Shown: positions 8,215 through 17,547 of the stretch, in pieces
Position numbering within the stretch: position 1 is the stretch's first letter
Layout of the letters: the number at the start of each line of letters is the position of its first letter
Virus record (IMG/VR): IMGVR_UViG_3300037222_000084
Coordinates: 1 to 64,000 of that record
Direction: 5' to 3' (one strand)
From: a virus
DNA length: 64,000 nt
The notes under the pieces: generated by a model
Database searches by the model: none
What the model was told of the DNA's origin: nothing
The model's input: only the letters and a program-made list of their open reading frames with translations
Made by a program: the position numbers and the translations under genes

Positions 8215-8556
8215 ATGGGAAAACGTAAACGTAGAGACTATGAGTGTGGATTTACCGAGACCGTGATTGAGGCACCTAAGTTTGCCAAACTCTTGGCTCT
8301 TAACACGCTGCGATTCACAAACCGCAAAACCCTGACTGGTGAGTTTGTGTGGGGATTCGATGAAGGCTATATCGTGACCACAAACGATCCGTTGACTGGC
8401 AACTATAAACAGCCCGTCAATATGCACCTCCAAATTGGAGTAGCTGGTGACATTGGTGTTGTTGGCACAAAATCATTCCGTGATCGCGTGGCAAAATTTC
8501 TCAAGCGTAATGCGCTGAGCGCAGACTTCGACGGATCGACTCGACGTTACGTTTAA
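8215..8556 (+). CDS. hypothetical protein
   Basis: GGGAG RBS before ATG 8215. Confidence 0.6.
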   Translation: MGKRKRRDYECGFTETVIEAPKFAKLLALNTLRFTNRKTLTGEFVWGFDEGYIVTTNDPLTGNYKQPVNMHLQIGVAGDIGVVGTKSFRDRVAKFLKRNALSADFDGSTRRYV

Positions 8557-8580
8557 TTAACTCTTAACAAAGGATTTTTT

Positions 8581-8883
8581 ATGACAACGACTCAAAATGC
8601 TCTAGTTGTAAAGCGTTACGCAAACCGCAAACTGTACGATACTGAGAACTCAAAGTATATCACTTTGAAACAGATCGCTGCTGAGATCAAAACGGGACGC
8701 GAAGTGCGAGTGATGGACAATGAATCAAAACAAGACATCACAGCTACCACTCTGTTGCTGGCTCTCGTTGAGACTGAGGATGGTACTACCGAGGCTAGCG
8801 TGCTAGCAGGCATTCTACGCGCTGGAGGTTTAGCTCAATACGTGGCAGGTCTCAAGGCTAACCAACACCAGTTTTTGCCATAG
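8581..8883 (+). CDS. PhaR-like (PHB accumulation regulator N-terminal) DNA-binding protein
   Basis: VKRYANRKLYDTENSKYITL..I...I..G.EV.V.DNESKQDIT signature. Confidence 0.85.
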   Translation: MTTTQNALVVKRYANRKLYDTENSKYITLKQIAAEIKTGREVRVMDNESKQDITATTLLLALVETEDGTTEASVLAGILRAGGLAQYVAGLKANQHQFLP

Positions 8884-8891
8884 GAGATGTT

Positions 8892-9191
8892 ATGGTAACT
8901 ATTAATAAAGATATGAACATTGAATTGTCCACTGGCACGACTATTGATGTTGAGGTCGAAGTATTTGGTATCTTCGATTCTCAGTTTGGCGCAGATGCAG
9001 ACGGCAATAGAGGCGAGGGACGTTGGCTTATTGATTCTCACGGCTATTCTGTTAGCGATAACGTTTCGCTGACTGCCGAAGAAGAGGACGAACTAGATGA
9101 AAAGATTGAAGAAATTGTGTATGATGGGCAATGGGACTTCGCCAATGCAGACGACAACATCGTTGACGATGAGGGCGTTGATCTTTACTAG
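8892..9191 (+). CDS. acidic hypothetical protein
   Basis: TAGGAG RBS; FGADADGNRG motif. Confidence 0.65.
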   Translation: MVTINKDMNIELSTGTTIDVEVEVFGIFDSQFGADADGNRGEGRWLIDSHGYSVSDNVSLTAEEEDELDEKIEEIVYDGQWDFANADDNIVDDEGVDLY

Positions 9192-9675
9192 CCTGGCATG
9201 CTTATTGCTTGGATGTAATAGAGGGCTGCCGTTGCCTGCACCACAGGTTAGCATTGATCCAGTGCTGCAACCGTATGTTAACGACTTCGTTGCTGACGCT
9301 GCCTCTGTGGGCCGCACGATTGATATTAATAACCTAATCGTGCAGTTTGCGCCAGACTTAGGCAATAGCTCATTGGGCGAGACTGTGGGCGAGTGTAAGA
9401 TACAGTATTACAATGGGAATGTTTACGGCACGCCCACGATACTGATAGACAGGCCTTTCTTTGAAGGCACCGATGCGTGGTCGCGACACACTGTTATGTA
9501 TCACGAAATGGGACACTGTGTCTTATTCCGAGTGCATAGACTTGATTGGATATCGCTCTATGGTCCTGATTTGTTTCAGCATTCTATTGCATCATCTATC
9601 ATGTATCCGTATGTGGTCGCGAGTGCGGACGCTCAGATGTTCTCAAATTATTACGTATCGGAGATGTTCCAATGA
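9169..9675 (+). CDS. lipoprotein, putative zinc metallopeptidase
   Basis: Lipobox LLGC; HEMGHCVLFRVH and SIMYP (metzincin-like). Confidence 0.7.
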   Translation: MRALIFTSLACLLLGCNRGLPLPAPQVSIDPVLQPYVNDFVADAASVGRTIDINNLIVQFAPDLGNSSLGETVGECKIQYYNGNVYGTPTILIDRPFFEGTDAWSRHTVMYHEMGHCVLFRVHRLDWISLYGPDLFQHSIASSIMYPYVVASADAQMFSNYYVSEMFQ

Positions 9676-9878
9676 AGTCTAAACATGGCATGATGCTTGC
9701 AGCTATCTTTGGCTTATTCGCTGTCGCTAGCGGTCACGTACCTGTCTACCACGAGCCTAAGAAGAAGGCCCAGGACTTCACAGACGAAGAGTTAGAGGCG
9801 GTTAGGTCCTGCGCTACCAAACAGGAGCGCAAAGCAATGGTGAACGAACTACGGCGTAAATACGCTAAGAAGGTCTAA
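9672..9878 (+). CDS. hypothetical protein
   Basis: ATGA overlap. Confidence 0.55.
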   Translation: MKSKHGMMLAAIFGLFAVASGHVPVYHEPKKKAQDFTDEELEAVRSCATKQERKAMVNELRRKYAKKV

Positions 9879-9879
9879 C

Positions 9880-10353
9880 ATGGTGTATCTATTGTGTTTT
9901 AACTCCAAACTGAAACATGCTAAGCATTATATTGGTTACACTAAAACTCCAGACGGATTAGAGCCACGCATGGAAAAGCACAGAAAAGGCACTGGTTCCA
10001 AGCTGATGGCTGCTGTCGCTAAGGCTGGCATAGATTTTGTTGTCACGCGCATGTGGCCAAATGGAGACCAGACATTTGAACGTATGCTCAAAAACAAGAA
10101 GAATTCCAAATACTTATGTCCGAATTGCACGCCGAATATCAAAGCGGTACAGTACGTATTGCACGATATTGAAACGCTCCCAATTGATGCGTCGAACTCT
10201 TCGACTTTGCCTAATAGTTCGACACTTGTAATCATTGAGGATTCTTACGTAACGTCTAATCCATTGACATATCAGGCCTTCCAAGTCAACCACAGGCCCT
10301 GGCGACAGCGGCACACCGATTGCTATAGTATACCTGCAACAAGGAGTTGTTAG
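9880..10353 (+). CDS. GIY-YIG-like nuclease
   Basis: VYLL...HYIGYT...R...H..G.GS pattern. Confidence 0.7.
   Translation: MVYLLCFNSKLKHAKHYIGYTKTPDGLEPRMEKHRKGTGSKLMAAVAKAGIDFVVTRMWPNGDQTFERMLKNKKNSKYLCPNCTPNIKAVQYVLHDIETLPIDASNSSTLPNSSTLVIIEDSYVTSNPLTYQAFQVNHRPWRQRHTDCYSIPATRSC
10309..10324 (+). promoter_or_regulatory. sigma54 promoter-like box upstream of rIIA
   Basis: CGGCACACCGATTGCT about 30 nt before the rIIA ATG; 14-nt core identical to the minus-strand box at 3581-3594. Confidence 0.6.
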
Positions 10354-12471
10354 ATGAAACTAGCCGCCCACGATAATTCAATGGAGACAAACACAGAGAC
10401 GGTCTCCCAGAACTTTGGAATTGGCAATCTTGCTGTATTGATTGGCCTATTGCGTAAGAATGTGTACCAGCATCGCATTCGTACTCTCGTTCAAGAGTAT
10501 ATGTCAAATGGACGCGATTCTCAACGTGAGGCGAAAACCTCTAAGCGCATGGTCGTGAGTATTCCCAATGAGTTAAGTCCTGTGTTTAAGGTGCGTGACT
10601 TTGGTGTTGGTATCACTCCGCAACGTATGAGCGGCGTATTCCTTCAGTACGGTAACTCAACCAAACGTAAGAGCAACAAAGAAACGGGCGGTTTTGGTAT
10701 CGGTGGTAAATCTGCGTTTGCATACACAGATTCTTTCACTGTTATCTCTATCACTAATGGAGTAAAGCGTACTTATGTCGCACACTTAGGTAGCGCCAAC
10801 GAAGGTAGCATGGATTTGCTGTCTGAAGTTGAGACAACAGAAGAATCTGGTGTTGAAATTCAAGTGGCTATTAAGCCCAATGATTCTCGTGAGTTTCGTC
10901 AGTCTGTATTTCGTGCAATGTATTTCTGGGCAGATACGGAACGCCCAGAGTTACGTGGACTTAGCTCATTGACAGATCAAATCGTCCATAAGCCTGGCCT
11001 TATGATTGGCAAAGAGTTAGAGATCAATGCAAATCCCATTCCAGATTTTATCCAAATGGACTATCACGCAAAATGCCTATTAGTTATTGATGGTATCCCC
11101 TATCCCGTGGGCGAAGATTTGATCGAGAAAATCCCAAATATGGAAAGTCTTTTGGAGCGACTTGTCTCAAAGGCGATCATCCACATTGGCAACGGTGTTA
11201 TCGAAGTCGCTATGTCTCGCGAACAAATTGCTGACAGCCCGTTTACTCTTGAGGCAATGGGCGACTTGGCTAAGACAATGGAGAATAGCCTTAAGTCTCA
11301 CATTACTACGATTTTCAAACAGGCTAAGACCAATGCTGAATGGATTAAGGCATTCAAAGAACTCTCTAAGTTTGCGAATGTTGACGATTATTCTAAGTTT
11401 GGTGACTATTCGATTGAGCGTAACTCAATCCAGTCAACGAAGTTTGCAGACATTGAATGCACACACGTTAGCCTTCGCACCAAGCGACGCGCTAAGAATG
11501 CCTCGCTAGAGCGTGAGACTGGACGTTTCATCACGCTGGATAACGTTGACCACGTATTCGTTTGTGATCTAACTGAGCCAGTAGTGACTCAAAATAAGAG
11601 AATGCGCGAGTACATGGAGCGCACGAATCGCATGTCAATGATGCTCATAAATGCGACAGAGAAGAAAATCGCAGACCCTAAATGGGTACGCCCTGCGCAA
11701 GTATCTGGACAGCCTTTAGTTATGGCTCCCATGATTGTGTCTCTGACATTTAAGGACAGCAAGAAGGTGTTGGCAAAAATCACTGCCGACTTCAACGCTA
11801 AGAACCTGTCTACGCTGCCCTATACGCCCACTGTGCGTATTCCGAAGGCTAAGCGTGATAGGACCAAAGAGATGTTCACGATGCACGAGAGCACTGGTAG
11901 TGGCAAATCACCAAAGACTACCACCATTGAGACTGTGCAAGCTACCTCAGATATGTATTACTACATTCCGTTCAAGCAGTACGACAAATTCGAGAATGAA
12001 CTCAACGACTTGTTCCATTATATGGATAAACAAAAGATTACACTATGCGCTATGACTGAGGATAGTATCAGTATGGTACAGGGTTGCAAACAGTTCAAGT
12101 CGTATACGGAATGGAAAACCAATTTTAAGCCAGATGCTAAAACGCTGGCACGCATGAAGGGCTCTAAGGCAAAGAACTGTAAGCATGTGAATTTGCTCAA
12201 GAGATCGAAAGAAGCTATCAAGGATAAGCATGTGGCACTGATGTTGCAAGAGTACAAGAACAACGTGATTGAGAGCGACATTGTACCAAAAACGATTTTG
12301 GATTGGTGTAAAGACGATCTGGCTCATTTTGTGGCAGAAGATGAGAAGTTGACAAAGCTTCTGAAAGAAGTATATCCTTTAGTTGGCGCATTGGAAAACG
12401 CTTACAACGTTACCACTGAGCATGTGGATGAATTGATTGTGTATATTAACGCTAAAAGCAAAGGGAGATAA
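10354..12471 (+). CDS. rIIA: RIIA-like protein (N-terminal GHKL ATPase)
   Basis: EYMSNGRDS, VRDFGVGI, STKRKSNKETGGFGIGGKSAFAYTDSFTV; followed by rIIB-like gene. Confidence 0.88.
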   Translation: MKLAAHDNSMETNTETVSQNFGIGNLAVLIGLLRKNVYQHRIRTLVQEYMSNGRDSQREAKTSKRMVVSIPNELSPVFKVRDFGVGITPQRMSGVFLQYGNSTKRKSNKETGGFGIGGKSAFAYTDSFTVISITNGVKRTYVAHLGSANEGSMDLLSEVETTEESGVEIQVAIKPNDSREFRQSVFRAMYFWADTERPELRGLSSLTDQIVHKPGLMIGKELEINANPIPDFIQMDYHAKCLLVIDGIPYPVGEDLIEKIPNMESLLERLVSKAIIHIGNGVIEVAMSREQIADSPFTLEAMGDLAKTMENSLKSHITTIFKQAKTNAEWIKAFKELSKFANVDDYSKFGDYSIERNSIQSTKFADIECTHVSLRTKRRAKNASLERETGRFITLDNVDHVFVCDLTEPVVTQNKRMREYMERTNRMSMMLINATEKKIADPKWVRPAQVSGQPLVMAPMIVSLTFKDSKKVLAKITADFNAKNLSTLPYTPTVRIPKAKRDRTKEMFTMHESTGSGKSPKTTTIETVQATSDMYYYIPFKQYDKFENELNDLFHYMDKQKITLCAMTEDSISMVQGCKQFKSYTEWKTNFKPDAKTLARMKGSKAKNCKHVNLLKRSKEAIKDKHVALMLQEYKNNVIESDIVPKTILDWCKDDLAHFVAEDEKLTKLLKEVYPLVGALENAYNVTTEHVDELIVYINAKSKGR

Positions 12472-12473
12472 TT

Positions 12474-13430
12474 ATGATTCCGTTTCTGAAAACCGAAGGT
12501 TCTGTGACGCTGCACTACAATGGCAAAACCGCTACAATCGCTAAGGGGGATGCTCGATTTGATAAAGTCCTGTTAGCGATTCGCGAAAATCGAACTGCCG
12601 ATGTAATCGAGTTGGCAGACAATGATTTGTACTTCACCAAGCAAGGCTTGAAGGTGCAAGACGGAGTGCTGCAACTTGAAGGTGAGGATATGCCTCTCGA
12701 ATTGTCACAGCGTATTCTGGGCTATAAAGAGGAAAACCTGCCCATTACTTCATTGCTGGCATTCTGGGCAAACCTTAAGCAAAATCCTTCGTTTAACTCG
12801 CGTGCTATGCTGTTCAAGTTTCTTGAGAACAAAGGCCACAGTATCACTGAGGATGGTCACTTCTGTGGCTATCGCGGTGTGACCTCAGACCTCAAGGATC
12901 GCCACAGCGGTAAGTTCGACAATAGCCCTGGCTCTGTGTGTCAAGTGCCACGCGAGAGCGTTGACGACAATCCTAACAATACGTGCTCGTATGGTCTGCA
13001 TGTCGGTGGCTACGAGTATGCTAAGGACTTCGGTCGCGGTGGTAAACTCGTATTGGTCAAGGTAAACCCCAAAGACGTGGTGGCAGTACCAAACGACTAT
13101 AACGGTCAAAAGATGCGCGTATGCCGCTTTGAAGTGCTTAAAGAGGCTACTGACATTCTCGACAAGAACGTGGTTGCAGCCGATGGTGGAGACTACGACG
13201 ATGAAGTGGAGTTTGAATTTGCCGACTTCGGATTCGACGATGAAAACATTTGCGAAGGTTGCGAAGAAGACATTGGCGATGAGACAGCGCCTTGCGCAGT
13301 AGCTCCTAAGCCTAAGCACAATTTGCTGAGCCCTAAGCGCAAGAAAAGCACTTATAAGAACAACCATGCAAAACGTGGGCCAGATGGCAAATTCATTCCT
13401 AAGAAGAAGAAAGCACGAAAGGCTAAGTAA
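12474..13430 (+). CDS. rIIB: RIIB-like protein
   Basis: FW.NL..NPS, ITEDGHF.GYRGV, VDDNPNNTCSYGLHVG, VKVNPKDVVAVPNDYNGQKMRVCRFEV. Confidence 0.88.
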   Translation: MIPFLKTEGSVTLHYNGKTATIAKGDARFDKVLLAIRENRTADVIELADNDLYFTKQGLKVQDGVLQLEGEDMPLELSQRILGYKEENLPITSLLAFWANLKQNPSFNSRAMLFKFLENKGHSITEDGHFCGYRGVTSDLKDRHSGKFDNSPGSVCQVPRESVDDNPNNTCSYGLHVGGYEYAKDFGRGGKLVLVKVNPKDVVAVPNDYNGQKMRVCRFEVLKEATDILDKNVVAADGGDYDDEVEFEFADFGFDDENICEGCEEDIGDETAPCAVAPKPKHNLLSPKRKKSTYKNNHAKRGPDGKFIPKKKKARKAK

Positions 13431-13684
13431 TGGAAAATCCAAGGCTAAGTAAGATCGTCGTAGATGATGTTATCTACGGCGTAATGTTCTGGGACTTCGG
13501 TAGCTTCATCAGGCTGGATGTGTACCAAAACAATCGTCGTGTTGGAATGCGCAGATTGCCCTTGACGGTGGACCAAGAATATCGGACGATTAGGTACTTG
13601 ATTCGCAGAATGGTAGGTAATTATGGGATTATGGGACGCACTGTTTCCCGTCGTAAAGAACTCAATCACGGAAGTCCCAGCTAA
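13430..13684 (+). CDS. hypothetical protein
   Basis: TAATG overlap. Confidence 0.55.
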   Translation: MENPRLSKIVVDDVIYGVMFWDFGSFIRLDVYQNNRRVGMRRLPLTVDQEYRTIRYLIRRMVGNYGIMGRTVSRRKELNHGSPS

Positions 13685-13838
13685 GATAGGCTGGCTAAAC
13701 TGTGAGAAATGTTCTGTCGAAGGGATTGACCTGTATATAGTTGAGCCCTACCATCAGTATTTCTGCACTGAGTGTGCCGAAGGACACATTAGGCGTCAGC
13801 GTTTTGAGGATGAAGAAAAGGATTGGAACTCTAAGTAA
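13623..13838 (+). CDS. small Cys-rich hypothetical protein
   Basis: CEKC...CTEC; start uncertain. Confidence 0.5.
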   Translation: MGLWDALFPVVKNSITEVPAKIGWLNCEKCSVEGIDLYIVEPYHQYFCTECAEGHIRRQRFEDEEKDWNSK

Positions 13839-13895
13839 CCTATGATAAGTTTTACATACACCGTGGGTTTAAGTTACCCACAGAAAGAAGTTTTT

Positions 13896-14585
13896 ATGAA
13901 AATCGTTTTTTTGGTACTGACCATTAGTATGTTGGCGGCGTGTTGCGGTCCCATTGGTGACACTGGCGCGACTGGCGCTAAGGGTGACAAAGGCGATCCT
14001 GGAGCACCTGCGCCTACTCCTACCGTGACCGCTATTCAGCAAATTGTGAATAGTGAGAATGCCTACCGCGAGACACAAGGTCAAGCACCTTTGACCTCAG
14101 GCTTAGCATGCACCGTTCAAGCTATTGCGTCTGGCACCTATTTGTCGAGTAGCAGTCCTGGATATACAGTAGCGCAAGCTATTGTATTGACTGGTACTTC
14201 TTACTCATACTTGCTGTCCACATCAATCAATCAGCCAAACGTAGCGGGTACTGCTGGCAATAGCTTGATTGATCCTGAGATTGCGCCTTTGTTCTTGAAC
14301 AACAACTATCGCATTGTCTGCACAGGACAATTGGCCGTTACTGAGGATGGTTATTACGGATTCTCTACGTCAAGCGACGACGGCTCTCTCGTTTTCGTAG
14401 ACGGCGCATTGGTAGTGGACAATGATGGAGCACATGGTCTACAGACTGTCAGTGGCACCAAACTTCTTCAAGCCGCTGTTACCCACACGTTCCAGCTACA
14501 ATACGCTGAGAGTGCTGGCGGTAACATCGGTATGATCTTGAACATGAATGGTTCTGTATTGCCTGCGGCTAACCTGTACCACTAG
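13896..14585 (+). CDS. lipoprotein with collagen-like repeat and PA14 domain
   Basis: LAAC lipobox, GPIGDTGATGAKGDKGDPG, SDDGSLVFVDGALVVDNDGAHG. Confidence 0.8.
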   Translation: MKIVFLVLTISMLAACCGPIGDTGATGAKGDKGDPGAPAPTPTVTAIQQIVNSENAYRETQGQAPLTSGLACTVQAIASGTYLSSSSPGYTVAQAIVLTGTSYSYLLSTSINQPNVAGTAGNSLIDPEIAPLFLNNNYRIVCTGQLAVTEDGYYGFSTSSDDGSLVFVDGALVVDNDGAHGLQTVSGTKLLQAAVTHTFQLQYAESAGGNIGMILNMNGSVLPAANLYH

Positions 14586-14806
14586 TGACCGAGCATCGCT
14601 GTCGGCATTGCTCCGAACTCATTATAGTCAATGAAACTCCTAATCCTGGCGAGGATTGGGAGTGTTTTTTTGAACGCATGGACATTATCGCAGAGGCCAT
14701 AAACGGTGGCCAAATCCTACTCACATTTTGTCGAAAAGAATGCTTGTGGTCATACCGCGTAATGAACCGCACGCACCTACGCTTGGCTGGCATCGTAACC
14801 CGTTAA
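14585..14806 (+). CDS. small Cys-rich hypothetical protein
   Basis: CRHC...FCRKEC. Confidence 0.5.
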   Translation: MTEHRCRHCSELIIVNETPNPGEDWECFFERMDIIAEAINGGQILLTFCRKECLWSYRVMNRTHLRLAGIVTR

Positions 14807-14947
14807 CGATTTAGACAGCGATCAATAGTTCTACGGCCTACTATAACAGTCCAAAACCACTAAAGAATGCTGATTTGGCCTAGTTTAGTAGTCTAAAAGT
14901 TCAACACTTGTAAAATTTGCCACAGTTGAAATCATTAGGTTTTTGGT

Positions 14948-14963
14948 TGGCACATGCTCTGCA
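14948..14963 (+). promoter_or_regulatory. sigma54 promoter-like box
   Basis: TGGCACATGCTCTGCA, intergenic, followed by AGGAGG and GTG at 14986. Confidence 0.65.
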
Positions 14964-14985
14964 TTACCTATACGCAGGAGGCATC

Positions 14986-15216
14986 GTGACACGCAAAGAA
15001 GCAAACATCATAATCCTTGCAAAAATTGCAATTTATTGCAATGATAATCCTGACATCAGATTTGGTCAGGCACTGAGGAATCTAGGTGTCATCGTTGATT
15101 TTATGGGCATGGACAAACTAGAAGGCCATGTGCAATGGAGCAACCATTTTAATGAGGAACCAACTTCAATGCTTAAGCGCATGGAAGAAACTGAAAAGAA
15201 AGGGAAGTTAACATAA
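14986..15216 (+). CDS. hypothetical protein
   Basis: AGGAGG RBS, GTG start; PDIRFGQ motif. Confidence 0.65.
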   Translation: MTRKEANIIILAKIAIYCNDNPDIRFGQALRNLGVIVDFMGMDKLEGHVQWSNHFNEEPTSMLKRMEETEKKGKLT

Positions 15217-15599
15217 TGGACAGCACAGTATTGAACAAATTCTTGGAGCAAATGGGCGAGATGCTTAAAGAGGCTAAGGACTTTAGCCTTGAGCAGCTAC
15301 CGATAGTAGCAAAGGAAATACTGCAATACCACTTAGCGGTTGACCTCGGATGGCTAGGATTCGCATTATTGCTAACGCTGGCAAGCTTAGTGGTAATTTT
15401 TTGGTTTACTCGCTTAATAAAAGCTGAAGGCCCAAGAGGTATGGAGAACTATTGGGGTATGTACTTGATACCAGGCCTTATGAATCTGATTTCCTTCATT
15501 ATTTTTGTAAACGAAGGACGAGACGCTTTAATGATCTGGCTGGCACCACGGGTTTATTTGTTGGAATATATTTCACGACTTTTACCACACACTCACTAG
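15216..15599 (+). CDS. membrane protein
   Basis: Two TM segments; IWLAPRVYLLEY. Confidence 0.7.
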   Translation: MDSTVLNKFLEQMGEMLKEAKDFSLEQLPIVAKEILQYHLAVDLGWLGFALLLTLASLVVIFWFTRLIKAEGPRGMENYWGMYLIPGLMNLISFIIFVNEGRDALMIWLAPRVYLLEYISRLLPHTH

Positions 15600-15607
15600 G
15601 AGGATTT

Positions 15608-15805
15608 ATGGCTATCGACTCACTGATTCAGAAGGGCAAGAAGCTAAACAATCGCAAGAGCGGTGCTGCTGCGGCCAACAAGCTGCGCAAGCGGACAGAG
15701 GCAGAAGTGCGTCAGTCGGAGTACGCACAGTTGCCGTTGGCCCAAAAACTAGCCCAAGCTGGTGCCAAAGAGAAGGCCAAGCTTTTAGCAAAGGCGGCAA
15801 AATGA
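15608..15805 (+). CDS. small basic protein
   Basis: GGAGG RBS; K/A-rich. Confidence 0.6.
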   Translation: MAIDSLIQKGKKLNNRKSGAAAANKLRKRTEAEVRQSEYAQLPLAQKLAQAGAKEKAKLLAKAAK

Positions 15806-16074
15806 AAATCTCAGGTAAACGCCCAGTGATGTTCTTTCAAGATGGCTATGGCACCTATGGTGCATCGGGTGGTTGTAGGGTTCGTATCTTCTTTCCAGGT
15901 GGGAAAGCCGAATGGTGCGCCTTGAGAAGCTCCAGCGAGAGGTACGATTTCATTGCAAAACCTTGCTGGCTGAATGGAAAGAGGCCGAAGACAATCAGCC
16001 AATTGATTAAGATGGCTCACGAATACGACAAAAAAGAGGGATTCCCTAAAATGGAATTTTTAGGTGAATTATGA
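15802..16074 (+). CDS. hypothetical protein (paralog of next gene)
   Basis: Shared RP..., RI..G..EW, EYD, FLG.L. Confidence 0.6.
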   Translation: MKISGKRPVMFFQDGYGTYGASGGCRVRIFFPGGKAEWCALRSSSERYDFIAKPCWLNGKRPKTISQLIKMAHEYDKKEGFPKMEFLGEL

Positions 16075-16337
16075 AACCCAAGTCGTTCGGTGTGCGTCCT
16101 ATTCTAATGCAGCGTTGGGAAGGTGGCCTACGCATAATCCACGTTGATGGACGAGTTGAATGGGCAAGCAACACGGAATCAACGTTTGAGAATGCCGATG
16201 GATGTACCTCTAGAGGCACGCAGAAATCCGCATATCAGGCCTGCATTGAGTATGATAGGTACTACTCCGGCTTCAGAAAAAAAGATAACGTTAGCTGGCT
16301 TCCAATGAAGCTTGGCGCATTTCTGGGGTATTTATGA
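16071..16337 (+). CDS. hypothetical protein (paralog of previous gene)
   Basis: As above; ATGA overlap. Confidence 0.6.
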   Translation: MKPKSFGVRPILMQRWEGGLRIIHVDGRVEWASNTESTFENADGCTSRGTQKSAYQACIEYDRYYSGFRKKDNVSWLPMKLGAFLGYL

Positions 16338-16654
16338 AGAAGTTCGAGGACTTGAACCATTTCCAGAAAGAAGATGCGGTCAAGCAGATAACCCATGGTG
16401 TAATTGGCGATTTGTCTGAAGGCGTTCTTGAAATCGAATTAGTAGATCCAGCTAACCAGAAGGAATTGCTCAGGATTATCAAGATCGCTGTGGATAAGGA
16501 CAGTCCAAGATTTGCGGTGCTATCTCTGCTTAACCATAAGGGTATTCGTGGAGAGATTGAACGATTAGCAACGGTTGCTGCTGGCGAGTCAACCTATACT
16601 GACGATGGATTTCTAATGAAAGGTGGACAAAATGTGGACCCTATTCTCAATTAG
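16334..16654 (+). CDS. hypothetical protein
   Basis: ATGA overlap. Confidence 0.6.
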   Translation: MKKFEDLNHFQKEDAVKQITHGVIGDLSEGVLEIELVDPANQKELLRIIKIAVDKDSPRFAVLSLLNHKGIRGEIERLATVAAGESTYTDDGFLMKGGQNVDPILN

Positions 16655-16841
16655 CCTGAGCAAAATCGGGCCAGAGTTTTCGGTGCGGGGAGTAGTTACT
16701 GGTTTTCAGGACGTAGCGAAGTTTCAAGGCATTATCAATGGCGCTGTATTCTGTGAAGGATTCAGTTACGAGGAAATTCGCCAAAGTATCTTGGATGTTG
16801 TTGAGTTGAATGGACCAAGGGACAAAAGTGGACTTCAATAA
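16632..16841 (+). CDS. hypothetical protein
   Basis: Packed ORF. Confidence 0.5.
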   Translation: MWTLFSISLSKIGPEFSVRGVVTGFQDVAKFQGIINGAVFCEGFSYEEIRQSILDVVELNGPRDKSGLQ

Positions 16842-17052
16842 ATACAGCGGTAGCTCTCATTCAGTTGAGCAGTTCCGCAATGATGCAGAGCAAGAGCTAG
16901 GCACCACAGGCCACGACAAGGCTGATTGGATGTGGGGACTGGCTTGGAAGCATGGACACGAAGGCGGTTTTGAAGAAGTGTTTTCTCAGTTGGTCGATCT
17001 TAAAGCAATGTTGATTGGAGATAAAAATGAATCGGACAGAAGCCTTAATTAA
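16810..17052 (+). CDS. hypothetical protein
   Basis: AWKHGHEGG motif. Confidence 0.6.
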   Translation: MDQGTKVDFNKYSGSSHSVEQFRNDAEQELGTTGHDKADWMWGLAWKHGHEGGFEEVFSQLVDLKAMLIGDKNESDRSLN

Positions 17053-17224
17053 AGGACTGCAAATTCTGGCCACATACGACGAGTGTGATGTGCAGGCGGA
17101 CCATGACATTATCTTTGCTGGGCCAGAGAACCACAGAGATGTTGACGATCATGATGCCCACGAATTGGAGCAGCTTGGTTGGTATGTGTTGGCTAGCTAC
17201 CATTGCTGGGCGTTCAACGTATGA
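17027..17224 (+). CDS. hypothetical protein
   Basis: GGAG RBS; ADHDII, LEQLGW. Confidence 0.6.
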   Translation: MNRTEALIKGLQILATYDECDVQADHDIIFAGPENHRDVDDHDAHELEQLGWYVLASYHCWAFNV

Positions 17225-17547
17225 GCATCAAGATCGCATTGGACTGCAACATAGGCAAGAAACGTAAGGCAGAGCTAATAGATCTAGGCTACGATGTGGT
17301 GGTTGTCGCCGAAGACGGTGAGGCCGACGTATTGTGGGTTCACAGGGCGTTCTCAGGTGGAGCAAGGTTCGTAGTCAGCAATGACCTTGATGTCCCTAAG
17401 ATATTGGAAAGAGAAGGTTATCCCATGGTGTGGGTTAACTATCCGAACGACAATGCATATTTTAAGGATTGGCTTGTACAATACATAGATCAGATGGTAC
17501 GCTTTAAGTTGAAGATTTTTCAAAAGATTATTGAGGAGTCAAAATGA
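17221..17547 (+). CDS. PIN-like (DUF5615-type) protein
   Basis: IALDCNI...LGYDVV...D......A......VVSNDLD. Confidence 0.6.
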   Translation: MSIKIALDCNIGKKRKAELIDLGYDVVVVAEDGEADVLWVHRAFSGGARFVVSNDLDVPKILEREGYPMVWVNYPNDNAYFKDWLVQYIDQMVRFKLKIFQKIIEESK

